A model generated the notes under the pieces. That model did not search any database, was not told the origin of the DNA, and saw only the letters and a program-made list of their open reading frames with translations. From positions 3,872,001-3,936,000 of the forward strand of contig CAXXLZ010000002.1 of NCBI GenBank assembly GCA_963675595.2: 64,000 nucleotides of DNA, given 5' to 3'. Within the stretch, counting starts at the first letter, position 1. Every line of letters starts with the position of its first letter. Source of the DNA: Thermodesulfobacteriota bacterium (GTDB lineage: Bacteria; Desulfobacterota; Desulfarculia; JACQYL01). Positions 40,603 through 50,542 of this stretch are shown piece by piece. Position numbers and translations under genes: made by a program.

Positions 40603-41157
40603 TTAGATAAACAACTGAATCTTGCTGTCGGCGGCTTCTTCGAGAAACTTGGCCACGCCGCAATAGTCGATTTTTGGATAGTCGATCATCTCCTTGGGGC
40701 TGAATCCCATGAGGTCCATGGACATCTGACACACGTAGATCTGAACGCCCATCTCCCCGGCGGCTTCCATGAGTTCCTCGAGGGACGCCACGTTCTTCTT
40801 CTTCATGAGGTTTTTCATCATGGCGGTTCCCATGCCGCCCATGTTCATTTTGGAGAGTTTCACGGAGCAGGATCCGGCCGGCAGCATGGCTCCGAAGAGT
40901 TTTCCCATAAGGTCCTTGTCGCCGCCTTTCTTGCCGCGATCCCTCAATGCGGGTGTGCCCCAAAAGGTGAAGAACATGACGACCTCCATGTCCATGGCGG
41001 CCGCGCCGGTGGCGATGACGAAAGCTGCGAGGACTTTGTCCAGGTCCCCGCTGAACACGATCATGGAGAGTTTCTCTTTGGGGGTTCGACCCTCGAGCTG
41101 TTCCATTCGTTCTTTGAGTTGATTGAATTCATCCATAAAGGTTTCAGTAAGTTCCAC
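40603..41157 (-). CDS. DsrE2/DsrE-F-like sulfur-relay protein
   Basis: IVFSGDLDK..AAFVIATGAAAM, FFTFWG, LSKMNMGGMG, YVCQMSMDLMG. Confidence 0.9.
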   Translation of the reverse strand: MELTETFMDEFNQLKERMEQLEGRTPKEKLSMIVFSGDLDKVLAAFVIATGAAAMDMEVVMFFTFWGTPALRDRGKKGGDKDLMGKLFGAMLPAGSCSVKLSKMNMGGMGTAMMKNLMKKKNVASLEELMEAAGEMGVQIYVCQMSMDLMGFSPKEMIDYPKIDYCGVAKFLEEAADSKIQLFI

Positions 41158-41223
41158 GTGTATTGCTCCTTTCGTAGCGTTATTTGGTAAACGATATGAA
41201 CTAAAAGGGGCGAAAGCAGGGCC

Positions 41224-41703
41224 TCACACCAGACCCTGTTTCACGCTTTCCATGCTGCTTCGAAGGGCCTCCAGCGAGGCCATGACCGTTTTTCTGCTCT
41301 CAGGACCGAGATCCAGCAGAAGGGCACGGTGGATGTCCTGGTTGAGTTCCTCGATTTCTTCGGCTTTTTCGCGGCCTTCACGAGTCAAACTGATGAGTTT
41401 GAAGCGGGCGTCTTCGGGATCGGGAATACGGTTGACCAGATGTTTTCGCTCCAAACCGTCCACGATTTTGGTCACCCGGCTCTTGGCCACATCGAGCTTC
41501 TGCGCGATGCCCTTGACCGTGAGGTAGCGTTCTCCTCGGAACAACATTAAACAGCGCAGCTCCGCTTGGGGAATGCCGAAGCGGGAGGAGAGATAGGCGG
41601 TGCGCATGAGGCAACACTCGAGAATCTGTTCGAGCAAATCGCGGATCCTGAGGGTCTGGTAGTCAATGAGTTCGTCGTGTGTTCGTTTCTCTTCCGCGTC
41701 CAC
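41224..41703 (-). CDS. MarR family transcriptional regulator
   Basis: LTVKGIAQKLDVAKSRVTKIVDGLE, DPEDAR...LTREG; GGAG before GTG 41703. Confidence 0.9.
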   Translation of the reverse strand: MDAEEKRTHDELIDYQTLRIRDLLEQILECCLMRTAYLSSRFGIPQAELRCLMLFRGERYLTVKGIAQKLDVAKSRVTKIVDGLERKHLVNRIPDPEDARFKLISLTREGREKAEEIEELNQDIHRALLLDLGPESRKTVMASLEALRSSMESVKQGLV

Positions 41704-41760
41704 TACGGCTCCGGTGCGCCGGGCGGTTGTCCGGCGGGAAGGTTTCACTCTTTGCGGCAA

Positions 41761-41808
41761 TAGTTACCAGTATGAACCAATGGTAATGAAGAGAAGGCAA
41801 CTCGTCAA
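41761..41808 (-). promoter_or_regulatory. marR promoter and probable operator
   Basis: Minus strand TTGACG-17-TACCAT, followed by the imperfect palindrome at 41761-41779, which recurs at 41185-41203. Confidence 0.6.
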
Positions 41809-42070
41809 CTGATTTTTTCCGTGAAAAATGAGAGACCACGCGGGCCATTGGGAAACGTCCGTTGGAGGAGATACCGGGGGGGCAGGAGCAAAGCAGCCGT
41901 TGATTCCGGGAGAGTGGGCGCTTAATGTATGCGGTTGAAAGAATCGACTCCGCATCGGGAATTCTCCGATGTGTTTCCAAGCTCACCGGTCTTTGCGAAC
42001 GCCGGTCCCCAGCGAAGAGGAAGGGACCGAAGTTCGCCGAAGGCGCGCCGTAACTTCATCGGAGGTTTGA

Positions 42071-42289
42071 ATGGTGCGGCCCTTGTTATGTCCCTTTACG
42101 TTCCCTCGAGGCGACGGACGGTCCTCCTCCTTTGAGGAGCCCACGACATGGCACGCCATGGGGCTGAGGACCGAGGAAGAGGCGGAAGGTCGGCCGTGCC
42201 GGCCCGACTGTGCCCTGTGGATGGACGGCGCCTGCGCTTTCGTGGCCATCGCCCGCAACTTGGCGCTCCAGTCGGAAGAAGAAGAGTGA
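42071..42289 (+). CDS. Small Cys-rich hypothetical protein
   Basis: GGAGG RBS; CP...CRPDCALW....CA pattern; acidic tail. Confidence 0.6.
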   Translation: MVRPLLCPFTFPRGDGRSSSFEEPTTWHAMGLRTEEEAEGRPCRPDCALWMDGACAFVAIARNLALQSEEEE

Positions 42290-42693
42290 CGATGACCTCC
42301 CGAAGCCATGTTCGGTCCATGGCCGCACTCACCGGCTGCGTATCGCGCTGAGCTTCAGTCGGAATGAGAGCGGCGTCGGGGGTTGCTTCTTGCGGAAACG
42401 GGGGTAACGCCGCCTTGCCCGCGAGTCGGGTTTAGGGTCTTAATTCGTCGACGGGAACCCGGAGCGGATGGGCGACCGGCCGCAAGGAAGGTCGCATGCG
42501 TGCGAAAAACGGCCGTCCGGCTTGGTAAGAGATGCTTTATCAAGGTCGCCGAGGGATGCTTGGCGCGGTACGGCGGGCATGTGGCGCTGCAACGAGGCTT
42601 TCGATTTGCGGTCGATTCTTCATGAGTGTCGCGCCGGGGACGCGTCGGAAGAAAAGAAGCGCCCCGGCAACGGTCGGTTGAACCCTTTCGGGA

Positions 42694-43500
42694 TCAGTCG
42701 TCGTACCCGGTGGGCTTGACGTCGACATTCAGTTCGGAAATCCCCTCAATTCCTTCCGTCAACTCTTGGACCTTTTCCGTGGTTCGGTCCAGAGCCTCCA
42801 GGGGCGCCTGGACCACCGCGGCCACTCTCCCGTCGCGCGCGGTCACGGAAACTCGGGGGAAGGAGTCCACAACGGCCGCTTCAACTTCGGCCGCCAGGCA
42901 AAGATCGTCCATGACGCGTTTGGATTCGGGCGTTGTATTGAAATGGGAAAAGGCGACGGCATGGAGCACGATGTCCACCACGTCGTCCACGGTGAGCTTC
43001 CGGATGTGCAGCGTCATGTCGTAGAGCTCGGGGTCTCTCGTATCGATACCGTAAAGATGCATTCCCCATTTGCGGCGCTCTTCGTCGTCCTTTTCCAGCA
43101 ACTTTCGCGCCTTCTCCTCGGAAATATTTTCCCTTTTCATCTCTTCACGGACGCGGTCGGTCATATCGGCCATAATGCGTACTTTGAGTACGTGGGACAC
43201 GTCGTTGACGAAATAATGTCCCGCCAGCCCGTGGTAGACCACGTTATCCTTTTGAAGGTGCTTGAGCAGCGCCGCACGAATATAGGCGACGTATTTGGTC
43301 TTGCCGTAAGAGAAGCGTTCAAGGATCGACGGGGCGTCATGAAGCGCTCGCACCAGTTTGAACTCCGGGGCGCCGAAGTGAGCCGATGCCTCCAGCAATA
43401 CGTCGCGCGAAATGCATTCGTATCCGAGTTCCCGAGCTACCCGCTCCGCCACTTCCTTCCCACGGCTGTATGATCCTCTGGAGATGGTGATAATGGACAT
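42694..43500 (-). CDS. Cytidylate kinase-like family protein with C-terminal BON-like extension
   Basis: IITISRGSYSRGKEVAE, VVYHG, LKVRI.A, YDMTL. Confidence 0.85.
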   Translation of the reverse strand: MSIITISRGSYSRGKEVAERVARELGYECISRDVLLEASAHFGAPEFKLVRALHDAPSILERFSYGKTKYVAYIRAALLKHLQKDNVVYHGLAGHYFVNDVSHVLKVRIMADMTDRVREEMKRENISEEKARKLLEKDDEERRKWGMHLYGIDTRDPELYDMTLHIRKLTVDDVVDIVLHAVAFSHFNTTPESKRVMDDLCLAAEVEAAVVDSFPRVSVTARDGRVAAVVQAPLEALDRTTEKVQELTEGIEGISELNVDVKPTGYDD

Positions 43501-43801
43501 CTTGGCTCCCTTTCTTTTGTGGCCGGGTCCCGCTCGAAGCGCCGTCAATTCTTGAACCGCATCATGTGCGGCATGCATTGAGCCTTGGGCGATTGATTCG
43601 GCCGTATCCCATGAATCCGATCAAGATGGGGAAAGGATAGCACGGCTTATTCCCGATTGTCTACGGGGTGCGAATTCATGTAATTGAATTGTTGAATAGG
43701 CGAGACGAGGGGGGAGATCATCCGGGACGAAGAGTCCGCGAGGACGGCGGGTGAATCTTCCGATACCACCCGCCGATGTCATGACATTGCCGGGTTGGGC
43801 C

Positions 43802-44206
43802 CTAGTCCTGGGGCATGAATACCAAGGATACCCCCCGACCTCCGGAATACGAGTCCCCTTCAACCTCCATGCATCCGATGGTCGCACGCTTTCCCATGAT
43901 GTCGTCCGTAAGCTTGTCCGGCGGAATGGTGACGATGTTTCCCATGAGCCATGGGCCTTCGTCCGTTTCCACCATGGCCACCACATAAGGGGTTCTGAAG
44001 GAAGGCGCGGCCACATTGGACACGGTGTAGGTCTTGATGACGCATTTTTTGGACAGTTCCACCAGTTCGCCGTCGGGCGACCCGCATTCCTGGCAAACCA
44101 TGCGGGGAGGGCAGTTCACCTCGCCGCATTTGGAGCATTTGATCCCCATGAGCTTGTTGTCTTTGATGGCCTCGAACCACTCGGCCGCGGTCATTTTGGC
44201 TTTCAT
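43802..44206 (-). CDS. DUF35 Zn-ribbon/OB-fold protein
   Basis: CSKCG...PPRMVCQECG, PYVVAMVE.DEG. Confidence 0.9.
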   Translation of the reverse strand: MKAKMTAAEWFEAIKDNKLMGIKCSKCGEVNCPPRMVCQECGSPDGELVELSKKCVIKTYTVSNVAAPSFRTPYVVAMVETDEGPWLMGNIVTIPPDKLTDDIMGKRATIGCMEVEGDSYSGGRGVSLVFMPQD

Positions 44207-44226
44207 CGGACTCTCCTCCTACGCCG

Positions 44227-45399
44227 TTAGTCGATGGTAAACACCGTGTTCACCACGGTGCAGAAGTCGCCGCCCAGGGTGTCCGTAAGCCCGACTTTGG
44301 CGTCTTTGACTTGGCGGTCCCCGCAGTTGCCTCGAAGCTGATTCACGATCTCGTAAGCCTGGGCCACGCCCGTGGCGCCGATGGGATGTCCTTTGGCCTT
44401 GAGCCCACCGGAGGGGTTCACCGGCAGACTGCCGTCCAAAGCGGTTTCTCCGGCCTCGACGGCCTCGTGACCCTCACCCGGTTCGTAAAAACCAAGCATC
44501 TCCGTGGCCACAATTTCCGCCATGGTGAAGCAGTCGTGCAGTTCCACCACGTCCACGTCCTTGGGCGTGATGCCCGCCATGTCGTAGGCCGCTTTGGAGG
44601 ATTCCTGCCGGGCCTTCATGATGGTGAAGTCCTTCTGGGAAATCAGGGAACCGTTGGAGCCCATTCCCACGCCGGCGACGCGAACGGGTTTGTCCACATA
44701 CTGTTTGGCCGTCTCCATGGGGGCCAGTACGATGGCGGCCGCTCCGTCGGAAAAGGGGCAGCAGTCGAAAAGCTGCAACGGGTCGCAAACCATGAAGCTG
44801 TTCAACACCGTGTCCACATCGATGAGCTTCTTGAACTGAGCCAGTTCGTTCTTGTACCCGTTGGCGTGGTTCTTCACCGCCACCTTGGCCATGCGCTCCT
44901 TCAACGTCTTGAGGGGTAGGCCGTACTTGTTCGCGTAGAGCCTTGCCATCATGGCGAAGACTCCGGGAAAGGTGACGCCCGCGAAGAACTCGTATCTGCC
45001 GTCCGAGGCCATGGCGAAAGTCCGTGTGGCGGTGGGCGTGTCCATGGCCAGGGCGCGTTCGACGCCCCCCACCAACACCAGGTCCTTCATGCCTGAAGCC
45101 ACCATCATAAAACCGTTGTAAATGGCCGTGGAACCCGACGCGCAGGCGGCTTCCACTCGAATGGCCGGTGCGCTGTGAGGAATACCCAATTCACCGGCCG
45201 CCATGCCGGCGATGACCATCTGCCCGTCCGTGAAATCTCCCAGGCAGTTGGCCAGGAGCAGTCCCTGGATGTCCTTGCCTTGAATGTTCGACGCCTGAAG
45301 AGCGTCCATACCCGCCTCGGCGAAAAGCTCCACACAACTCTTGGTGTCGTGCTTGCCGAAGGGGGTCATACCCACGCCCAATACGGCCACTTCTCTCAT
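44227..45399 (-). CDS. Thiolase (SCP-x/archaeal-type, DUF35-partnered)
   Basis: EAACASG, ELHDCF, NPSGGLKAKGHPIGATG; no C-terminal Cys. Confidence 0.92.
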   Translation of the reverse strand: MREVAVLGVGMTPFGKHDTKSCVELFAEAGMDALQASNIQGKDIQGLLLANCLGDFTDGQMVIAGMAAGELGIPHSAPAIRVEAACASGSTAIYNGFMMVASGMKDLVLVGGVERALAMDTPTATRTFAMASDGRYEFFAGVTFPGVFAMMARLYANKYGLPLKTLKERMAKVAVKNHANGYKNELAQFKKLIDVDTVLNSFMVCDPLQLFDCCPFSDGAAAIVLAPMETAKQYVDKPVRVAGVGMGSNGSLISQKDFTIMKARQESSKAAYDMAGITPKDVDVVELHDCFTMAEIVATEMLGFYEPGEGHEAVEAGETALDGSLPVNPSGGLKAKGHPIGATGVAQAYEIVNQLRGNCGDRQVKDAKVGLTDTLGGDFCTVVNTVFTID

Positions 45400-45483
45400 G
45401 ACTTAGCCTCCCTGTTATGAGTCGTTCGAGGAAGCCGGAGACGGTTTCCCCGATGCTTCCCTAAAAATTCTTCTGTCGGGTTT

Positions 45484-45515
45484 TCGAGGGGCGCTTTCCA
45501 GAAGCGCCCCCCCGA
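45484..45515. repeat. REP-like GC hairpin, copy 1
   Basis: GGGGCGCTTT-CCAG-AAGCGCCCC, similar to 47711-47743. Confidence 0.5.
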
Positions 45516-45539
45516 TCTAGATGATCAATACAACGGCCG

Positions 45540-47495
45540 TTAAGGCTCCAAATCTTCGGGTGTGGCCGGTTCCCACATGTCCACGGGCGGGTAATCCGCC
45601 GGATTGATGCCTTCGTCTTCCCAATCGATCCATCTCATGGCGTTGACGCGCATGCGTTTGCCGATCTTGGGCAGCTTGTCCCAGGGCATGTGATACATGC
45701 AGAACTGGTAGGTGGGCGTGCTGAGTTGCGGGTTGCCCACGGTGGGGTCCATCTGCACGTTGAGCACCGCGGGTTGACCCTGCTCGGCCGCCTTGAAGCT
45801 TCGTTCCAGAGCGGGTTTGAATTCCTCCGGCGAGCTCACGTGTTCTCCGTAGCAGCCCAGGAGCTTGTAAATCTCGTGGTACGGGATATCCGGCAGGCTT
45901 TCGGCGCCCATGGGCTGATCCTGGGCTCCCAGGGCTTCCCAGTGGGGACCGTACATCTTCTTGAGCGAGGTGAGCCATCCGTTGTTGTTGTGGACCAGAA
46001 ACACAATGGGCAGCTTGCAGCGCACCGCGGTTTCCACGTCCCATCCGGCCAATCCCATACCCGCGTCTCCCATGAGCGCCAGCACGGGATGGTTCTTGGA
46101 TTCCGGGTCTCCGTAGGCGGCCCCGATGGCCATGCCCACGCCGTGGCCCACGCCGGCCTGTTCCGAGGAATCCATGATCTGTCCGGAGTAGCGGGCTTGG
46201 ACAAAGGGCGGGATAAACGCGGAAATGCTGAACCCGTCCACGATGACCCGGTTCATGCCGTTGTACTTGTCTTCGCACACTTCCCAAAGAGCCTTGCAGG
46301 CCCAACCGGGATGCACCGGAGAATGGGCCGCATACTTATCGGCGCGCGCGAGAAGCTGTTTTCGGGCTTCGGTATGCACGCCGCGCACGGTCTCCAACCA
46401 TTCCCTTCTGCCGGCCGGCGGCTCGAGGCCTTTCTCCTTGACGTAGTCGATCATCTGATTCAGGAACACCTTGGCGTTGGCCAGGGCGGCGAGCTTGGTG
46501 TCCACAAAGGAGTAGATTTGCTGCGGGGACTCATTCACCTGGATGGTCTTGGGCCAGCGTCCTCCGTAACCGTCGAAGAAGCCGATCTTCATGCCCAGGG
46601 AAAGCAGAAGATCGCTCTTCTTGAGCACTCCCTTGGCCGCGCGGGAGCTGAAGAACAGAGGATGAGTTTCGTCCACGGCGCCTCGGCCGATGCGCCGGCC
46701 GGAAACCGGAATCTGAGCCAGTTCGCAGAACTCCGTGAGTTCTTTTCCCGCGGCGGCCCAATGCACGCCGTCGCCGGCGAAAAGTACGGGAGACTTGGCT
46801 TCGTACAAAGCCTGAACGATGCGGGCCACGTCTTTTGGGTCGGCGCCGGAAGCATACGGCTTGCCTATGCCGGCTTCGTTCCATTGCTCCCGGTACAAAG
46901 CGTGTTCGCCGTACATACCGGCTTCCACTCGGGGAGGCACGTCCTTGGTCAACGCGCTCAAAGTGAACTCAAGGCCGATGGGACCGCGAGGATAGGCCAG
47001 GGAATCGTTTACCGCCTTGGTGACGAACCACTTGAACTGACACGGATCGATGACCCGTTGGGTCCATTTGGTGATGCCGTCCATGAGTTTTTCGCCGTAG
47101 GAAACCTGGATCGTATAGGTCTGGTCGTGTTCCGGCTCATGTCCGCCCATGAGTAGGATCACCGGGCTGCACGACAGGTAGGCCTGCTGAATCGCGCTGA
47201 CCGTGTTGGCCACGCCGGGTCCCACCGTGGCGTACGCCACTCCGGGCTTGCCGGTGACTTTGGCGTAGGCCTCGGCCGCGTAGACTCCGGCCTGCTCGTG
47301 ACGCATGGTGATGGTGCGAATTCCGTGAAAGCTCAATTCGTCCACCATGCACCAGATATGGCCTCCATGCACGCCGAAGGCCGTGTCCACGCCGTTTTCC
47401 TTGAGTGCTTCGGCAATGTAGGATGCGGCGTGGGGAATCTGCTCCTTCATGGTGACTTCCGGGACTTGCTCTTCGCTCATGTGTTGTTCCTCCAT
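45540..47495 (-). CDS. ThDP-dependent enzyme (acetolactate synthase/2-hydroxyacyl-CoA lyase superfamily)
   Basis: RHEQAG (catalytic Glu), ATVGPG, GDAGMG...NNNG ThDP motif; start may be 47480. Confidence 0.88.
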   Translation of the reverse strand: MEEQHMSEEQVPEVTMKEQIPHAASYIAEALKENGVDTAFGVHGGHIWCMVDELSFHGIRTITMRHEQAGVYAAEAYAKVTGKPGVAYATVGPGVANTVSAIQQAYLSCSPVILLMGGHEPEHDQTYTIQVSYGEKLMDGITKWTQRVIDPCQFKWFVTKAVNDSLAYPRGPIGLEFTLSALTKDVPPRVEAGMYGEHALYREQWNEAGIGKPYASGADPKDVARIVQALYEAKSPVLFAGDGVHWAAAGKELTEFCELAQIPVSGRRIGRGAVDETHPLFFSSRAAKGVLKKSDLLLSLGMKIGFFDGYGGRWPKTIQVNESPQQIYSFVDTKLAALANAKVFLNQMIDYVKEKGLEPPAGRREWLETVRGVHTEARKQLLARADKYAAHSPVHPGWACKALWEVCEDKYNGMNRVIVDGFSISAFIPPFVQARYSGQIMDSSEQAGVGHGVGMAIGAAYGDPESKNHPVLALMGDAGMGLAGWDVETAVRCKLPIVFLVHNNNGWLTSLKKMYGPHWEALGAQDQPMGAESLPDIPYHEIYKLLGCYGEHVSSPEEFKPALERSFKAAEQGQPAVLNVQMDPTVGNPQLSTPTYQFCMYHMPWDKLPKIGKRMRVNAMRWIDWEDEGINPADYPPVDMWEPATPEDLEP

Positions 47496-47660
47496 GTTCG
47501 ATTACCGTAAACCGTCTTCGGACCGCCAAACCGTTCTTTGACGGATCGACAAAGTCTGTTTTCCAAATCCTATTTCATTTCGGGGAGGCAAACCCGTTGT
47601 GCAAAAGACCGTTAGGCCTGATTTTTGGTTGTTCCCGGCGCTCCACCGCAGCGGCGGTTC

Positions 47661-47743
47661 GGCCGCCGGAGGCGGGGTGCCGCCGCCACGTTTAAACGTT
47701 TTGCGGGGGGCCGGGGGGCGCTTTTTCCAAAAGCGCCCCCCGG
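47661..47743. repeat. REP-like element, copy 2
   Basis: GGCCGCCGGAGGC followed by the CCGGGGGGCGCTTTT-TCC-AAAAGCGCCCCCCGG 15-bp perfect stem. Confidence 0.55.
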
Positions 47744-47766
47744 TGTAGTGAATTTTTTCCGGCCTG

Positions 47767-48924
47767 TTAGAGGGTGCCCGCCAGGACGAGCTTCTGAATC
47801 TGCGTAGTCCCTTCGTAGATTTGGGTGATCTTGGCATCCCGCATCATGCGTTCCACCGGATATTCTTTGATGTATCCGTACCCGCCCAGCACCTGGACGG
47901 CTTCGGTGGTAACCTTCATGGCCGTGTCGGAAGCAAAATTCTTGCTTGCGGAAGAATACCGAATGACTTCGGGCGATACGCGGGAAAGGTCTCTGGGGAC
48001 TTCTTCGAGCAAAGTGGCCGTCTTGTAGAGGAGTTCGCGGGCGGCCAGGACCTGGATGGTCATATCGGCCAAGAGAAAGGCCAATCCTTGTTGCTGCAGA
48101 ATGGGACGGCCGAATTGCTCCCGTTCCTTGGCGTACTGAACGGCGTAATCCAGGGCCCCGTCGGCGATACCCAGCGCCTGAGCGGCCACCGAGGGTCTGG
48201 TGAAATCCAGGGTCTTCATGACGATGGAGAATCCTTTGCCTTCCCCGGCCAGCAGGTTTTCCGCCGGTACGCGGCAATTTTCGAACAGCAGTTCCACGGT
48301 GCTGGACGCCCGAATTCCCATCTTATCTTCCTTCTTTCCAATGGAAAATCCGGGAGTTCCCTTTTCCACGATGAACACGCCGAGTCCTTTGTTGCCCGGA
48401 AGTTCAGGGTTGGTTCGGGCGGTCACGGTGAGCACGTCGGCCACGTCGCCATGCGTGATGAAGCACTTTCTGCCGTCCAGCACGTAGGAATCTCCGTCCC
48501 GGACCGCCTTGGTGCGAATGCCGCCCACGTCGGAGCCTGCTCCGGGTTCGGTGAGTCCGAAGGCGATCAGCTTGGAACCTTCCGCCAGATCGGGGAAGAA
48601 GCGTTGCTTCTGTTCGTCGTTGCCCGCCAGGGAGATGGGCATGGTGCCGAGTTCGTGCACCAGGGGAATCACCGAAGTGGAAGCACAGACGCGGGCGATT
48701 TCTTCGATGATAATGCAGCAGCTCAGGAAACCCATTTCCGCGCCCCCGTAGGTTTCCGGGAAGTCTGCGGCGAACAGGCCGTTTTCTTTAAGCAGGTCCG
48801 ACATTTCGTGTGAGAATACCCCTTCTTCGTCGCGTTTCGCCGCGCCGGGGGCGATCTTTTCCTTGGCCAGCCTTCGGACCGTATCTTTGAGCATGAGTTG
48901 TTCTTCACTCAGCGTGTAGCTCAT
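47767..48924 (-). CDS. Acyl-CoA dehydrogenase
   Basis: LTEPGAGSD, GRKCFITHG, KMGIRAS, REQFGRP, GGYGY, QIYEGT (catalytic Glu). Confidence 0.95.
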   Translation of the reverse strand: MSYTLSEEQLMLKDTVRRLAKEKIAPGAAKRDEEGVFSHEMSDLLKENGLFAADFPETYGGAEMGFLSCCIIIEEIARVCASTSVIPLVHELGTMPISLAGNDEQKQRFFPDLAEGSKLIAFGLTEPGAGSDVGGIRTKAVRDGDSYVLDGRKCFITHGDVADVLTVTARTNPELPGNKGLGVFIVEKGTPGFSIGKKEDKMGIRASSTVELLFENCRVPAENLLAGEGKGFSIVMKTLDFTRPSVAAQALGIADGALDYAVQYAKEREQFGRPILQQQGLAFLLADMTIQVLAARELLYKTATLLEEVPRDLSRVSPEVIRYSSASKNFASDTAMKVTTEAVQVLGGYGYIKEYPVERMMRDAKITQIYEGTTQIQKLVLAGTL

Positions 48925-49346
48925 GAGGGGCTCCTTTCCATGTGGTCCCTTGGAAGCGGTTTGGTTCAGGGTTCGTGAGCGGATCCGCCGACCGGTTTTC
49001 TCCATAATCCGGGAAGCATGGGACCGGTACGGATTGGTCAATCGCCTGTCCGTCGGTGAGGCCGTGCGACCAGGGGTCGATCCGCGATCTGTTTTCCGTT
49101 TTCAGACATACTGGAACGGCCCGAAAAGATCATGAATCGTGCCAAGGAAGAATGTTTAGTAAAACAAGGGGGTTGTGTGCTGTGTGCGAGTGACGGCGAA
49201 ATCCGGCTCCGGGTCGTTTCGGACCAAATGGCGGGGACGGCAAGTGGGGCGATGGGGATTTTTGTCGTGAAAACAGACGGATAAGGTGGGTCGATCGGAC
49301 CCATTTGGTTGGTGCGAGAGGGCCGGAGAGCCTCGGAAGGCGGTGG

Positions 49347-50090
49347 TCAAGTCTTGAAAAAGACCGTGAGACCCTGCCGGAATCGGGGGATGAGGGCTTC
49401 TACGGTTCGTTCCACGAGATTCCTGTAGGCATGCGGCCAGTAGCGGCAATACTCCTTTTTCCACAGGGACAGTCCCAGGGAGCGTCCGAAGCGCTCCACC
49501 TCGGTCATGGTGTATTCCCGGAGGTGTTCCTTGAATTGCAGGTCCGTTCCGGGAATTTCGAAGGGATTCCTGCCGAAGAGCATCTGCATTCGTTTTCCAA
49601 TGGCCACGGCGTTGGGGGTCTGGATCAACAATCCGCCGTCACGGTCTTTCAATAGGCTTCTGAGTAATTGGAGCGGCAGGTTGGGCGAGATGGGGATATG
49701 TTCGATAATCTCGCAGAATACGATGAGGTCGAAGGGCGCTTTCTTGAAGCTCACCGGCTTCTTCCGGGCGCACTCGATCAGGTCGTAGGGTTGGTGTTCT
49801 TCCATAAGGCAAAGAGGGACCAGTTTCGGATATTCGTATCCCAACGTGGAAACCGATACTTGAGGGCTCACCAGTTCTCTGATGCAGCGGGTGAGAAAAT
49901 GGGGCCCCACGTCCAGTACCTTCCTTGCACCGTATTCCATGCAGAATTCCTGGACCAGGTTCACGGCGTAGGCCAGCCGTTTGGACTGCTGTTTCAGGTA
50001 GACTCGTTCTTCCTCCGTAAGCTCCAAATGGGAGAATAGGGATTCGATGTCCTCCGCCGATCGCTTGATGATTGGTTGGTGGGTGTGCAT
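49347..50090 (-). CDS. Class I SAM-dependent methyltransferase-like protein
   Basis: KVLDVGP, FDLIVFCEIIEH, GGLLIQTPN, HLREYT; GGAGG RBS. Confidence 0.8.
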   Translation of the reverse strand: MHTHQPIIKRSAEDIESLFSHLELTEEERVYLKQQSKRLAYAVNLVQEFCMEYGARKVLDVGPHFLTRCIRELVSPQVSVSTLGYEYPKLVPLCLMEEHQPYDLIECARKKPVSFKKAPFDLIVFCEIIEHIPISPNLPLQLLRSLLKDRDGGLLIQTPNAVAIGKRMQMLFGRNPFEIPGTDLQFKEHLREYTMTEVERFGRSLGLSLWKKEYCRYWPHAYRNLVERTVEALIPRFRQGLTVFFKT

Positions 50091-50542
50091 AAGGTGGCCT
50101 CCGAAAAATGGTTCGGCTTCCCGATGGGCCGCTCTTTCCACGGCAGTCGAAGAAATTATATTCCGGCTAAAAATAATAGTCTATTGACGAAATCATGATT
50201 TTAACTCATGAAAATCGCTACATTTCTTGGCGAATTTCGTGATATGCGCTTGAATAAACCGGTACCTAAAATTATCTATACAGCGCGGCGGGCGGTGCTT
50301 TGGAAGTCGAGTCGAAAGCCTTCGCCGGCCCGTGCCGGAAGATCGCATAGGTGTCCCATGTTCAACTTTGCCGGCGGTCCCGGCTTGCATGTTCCGCGGA
50401 AGGCGCATAAAGTGGCGGGACGCGTTCCCGGAACCCGGAGAGGCCGGGTACGGCGATTGGAGCCCCACGACGACCGTTGGGGAAGATCGAAGAAATGTTT
50501 TCGTATCATCAGGCAGTGATGGGATTGTGGCCGGACGTCGTC

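Noticed and set aside
49130-49146. Sigma54-like TTGGCACGATTCATGA upstream of the acyl-CoA dehydrogenase (minus strand)
   Set aside because: Good -24 element but the -12 reads GA rather than GC, and no activator gene is nearby; too weak to call
50190-50201. 12-bp palindrome AAATCATGATTT between the methyltransferase and dusB
   Set aside because: Short, in an AT-rich patch and with no second copy noticed; could be chance
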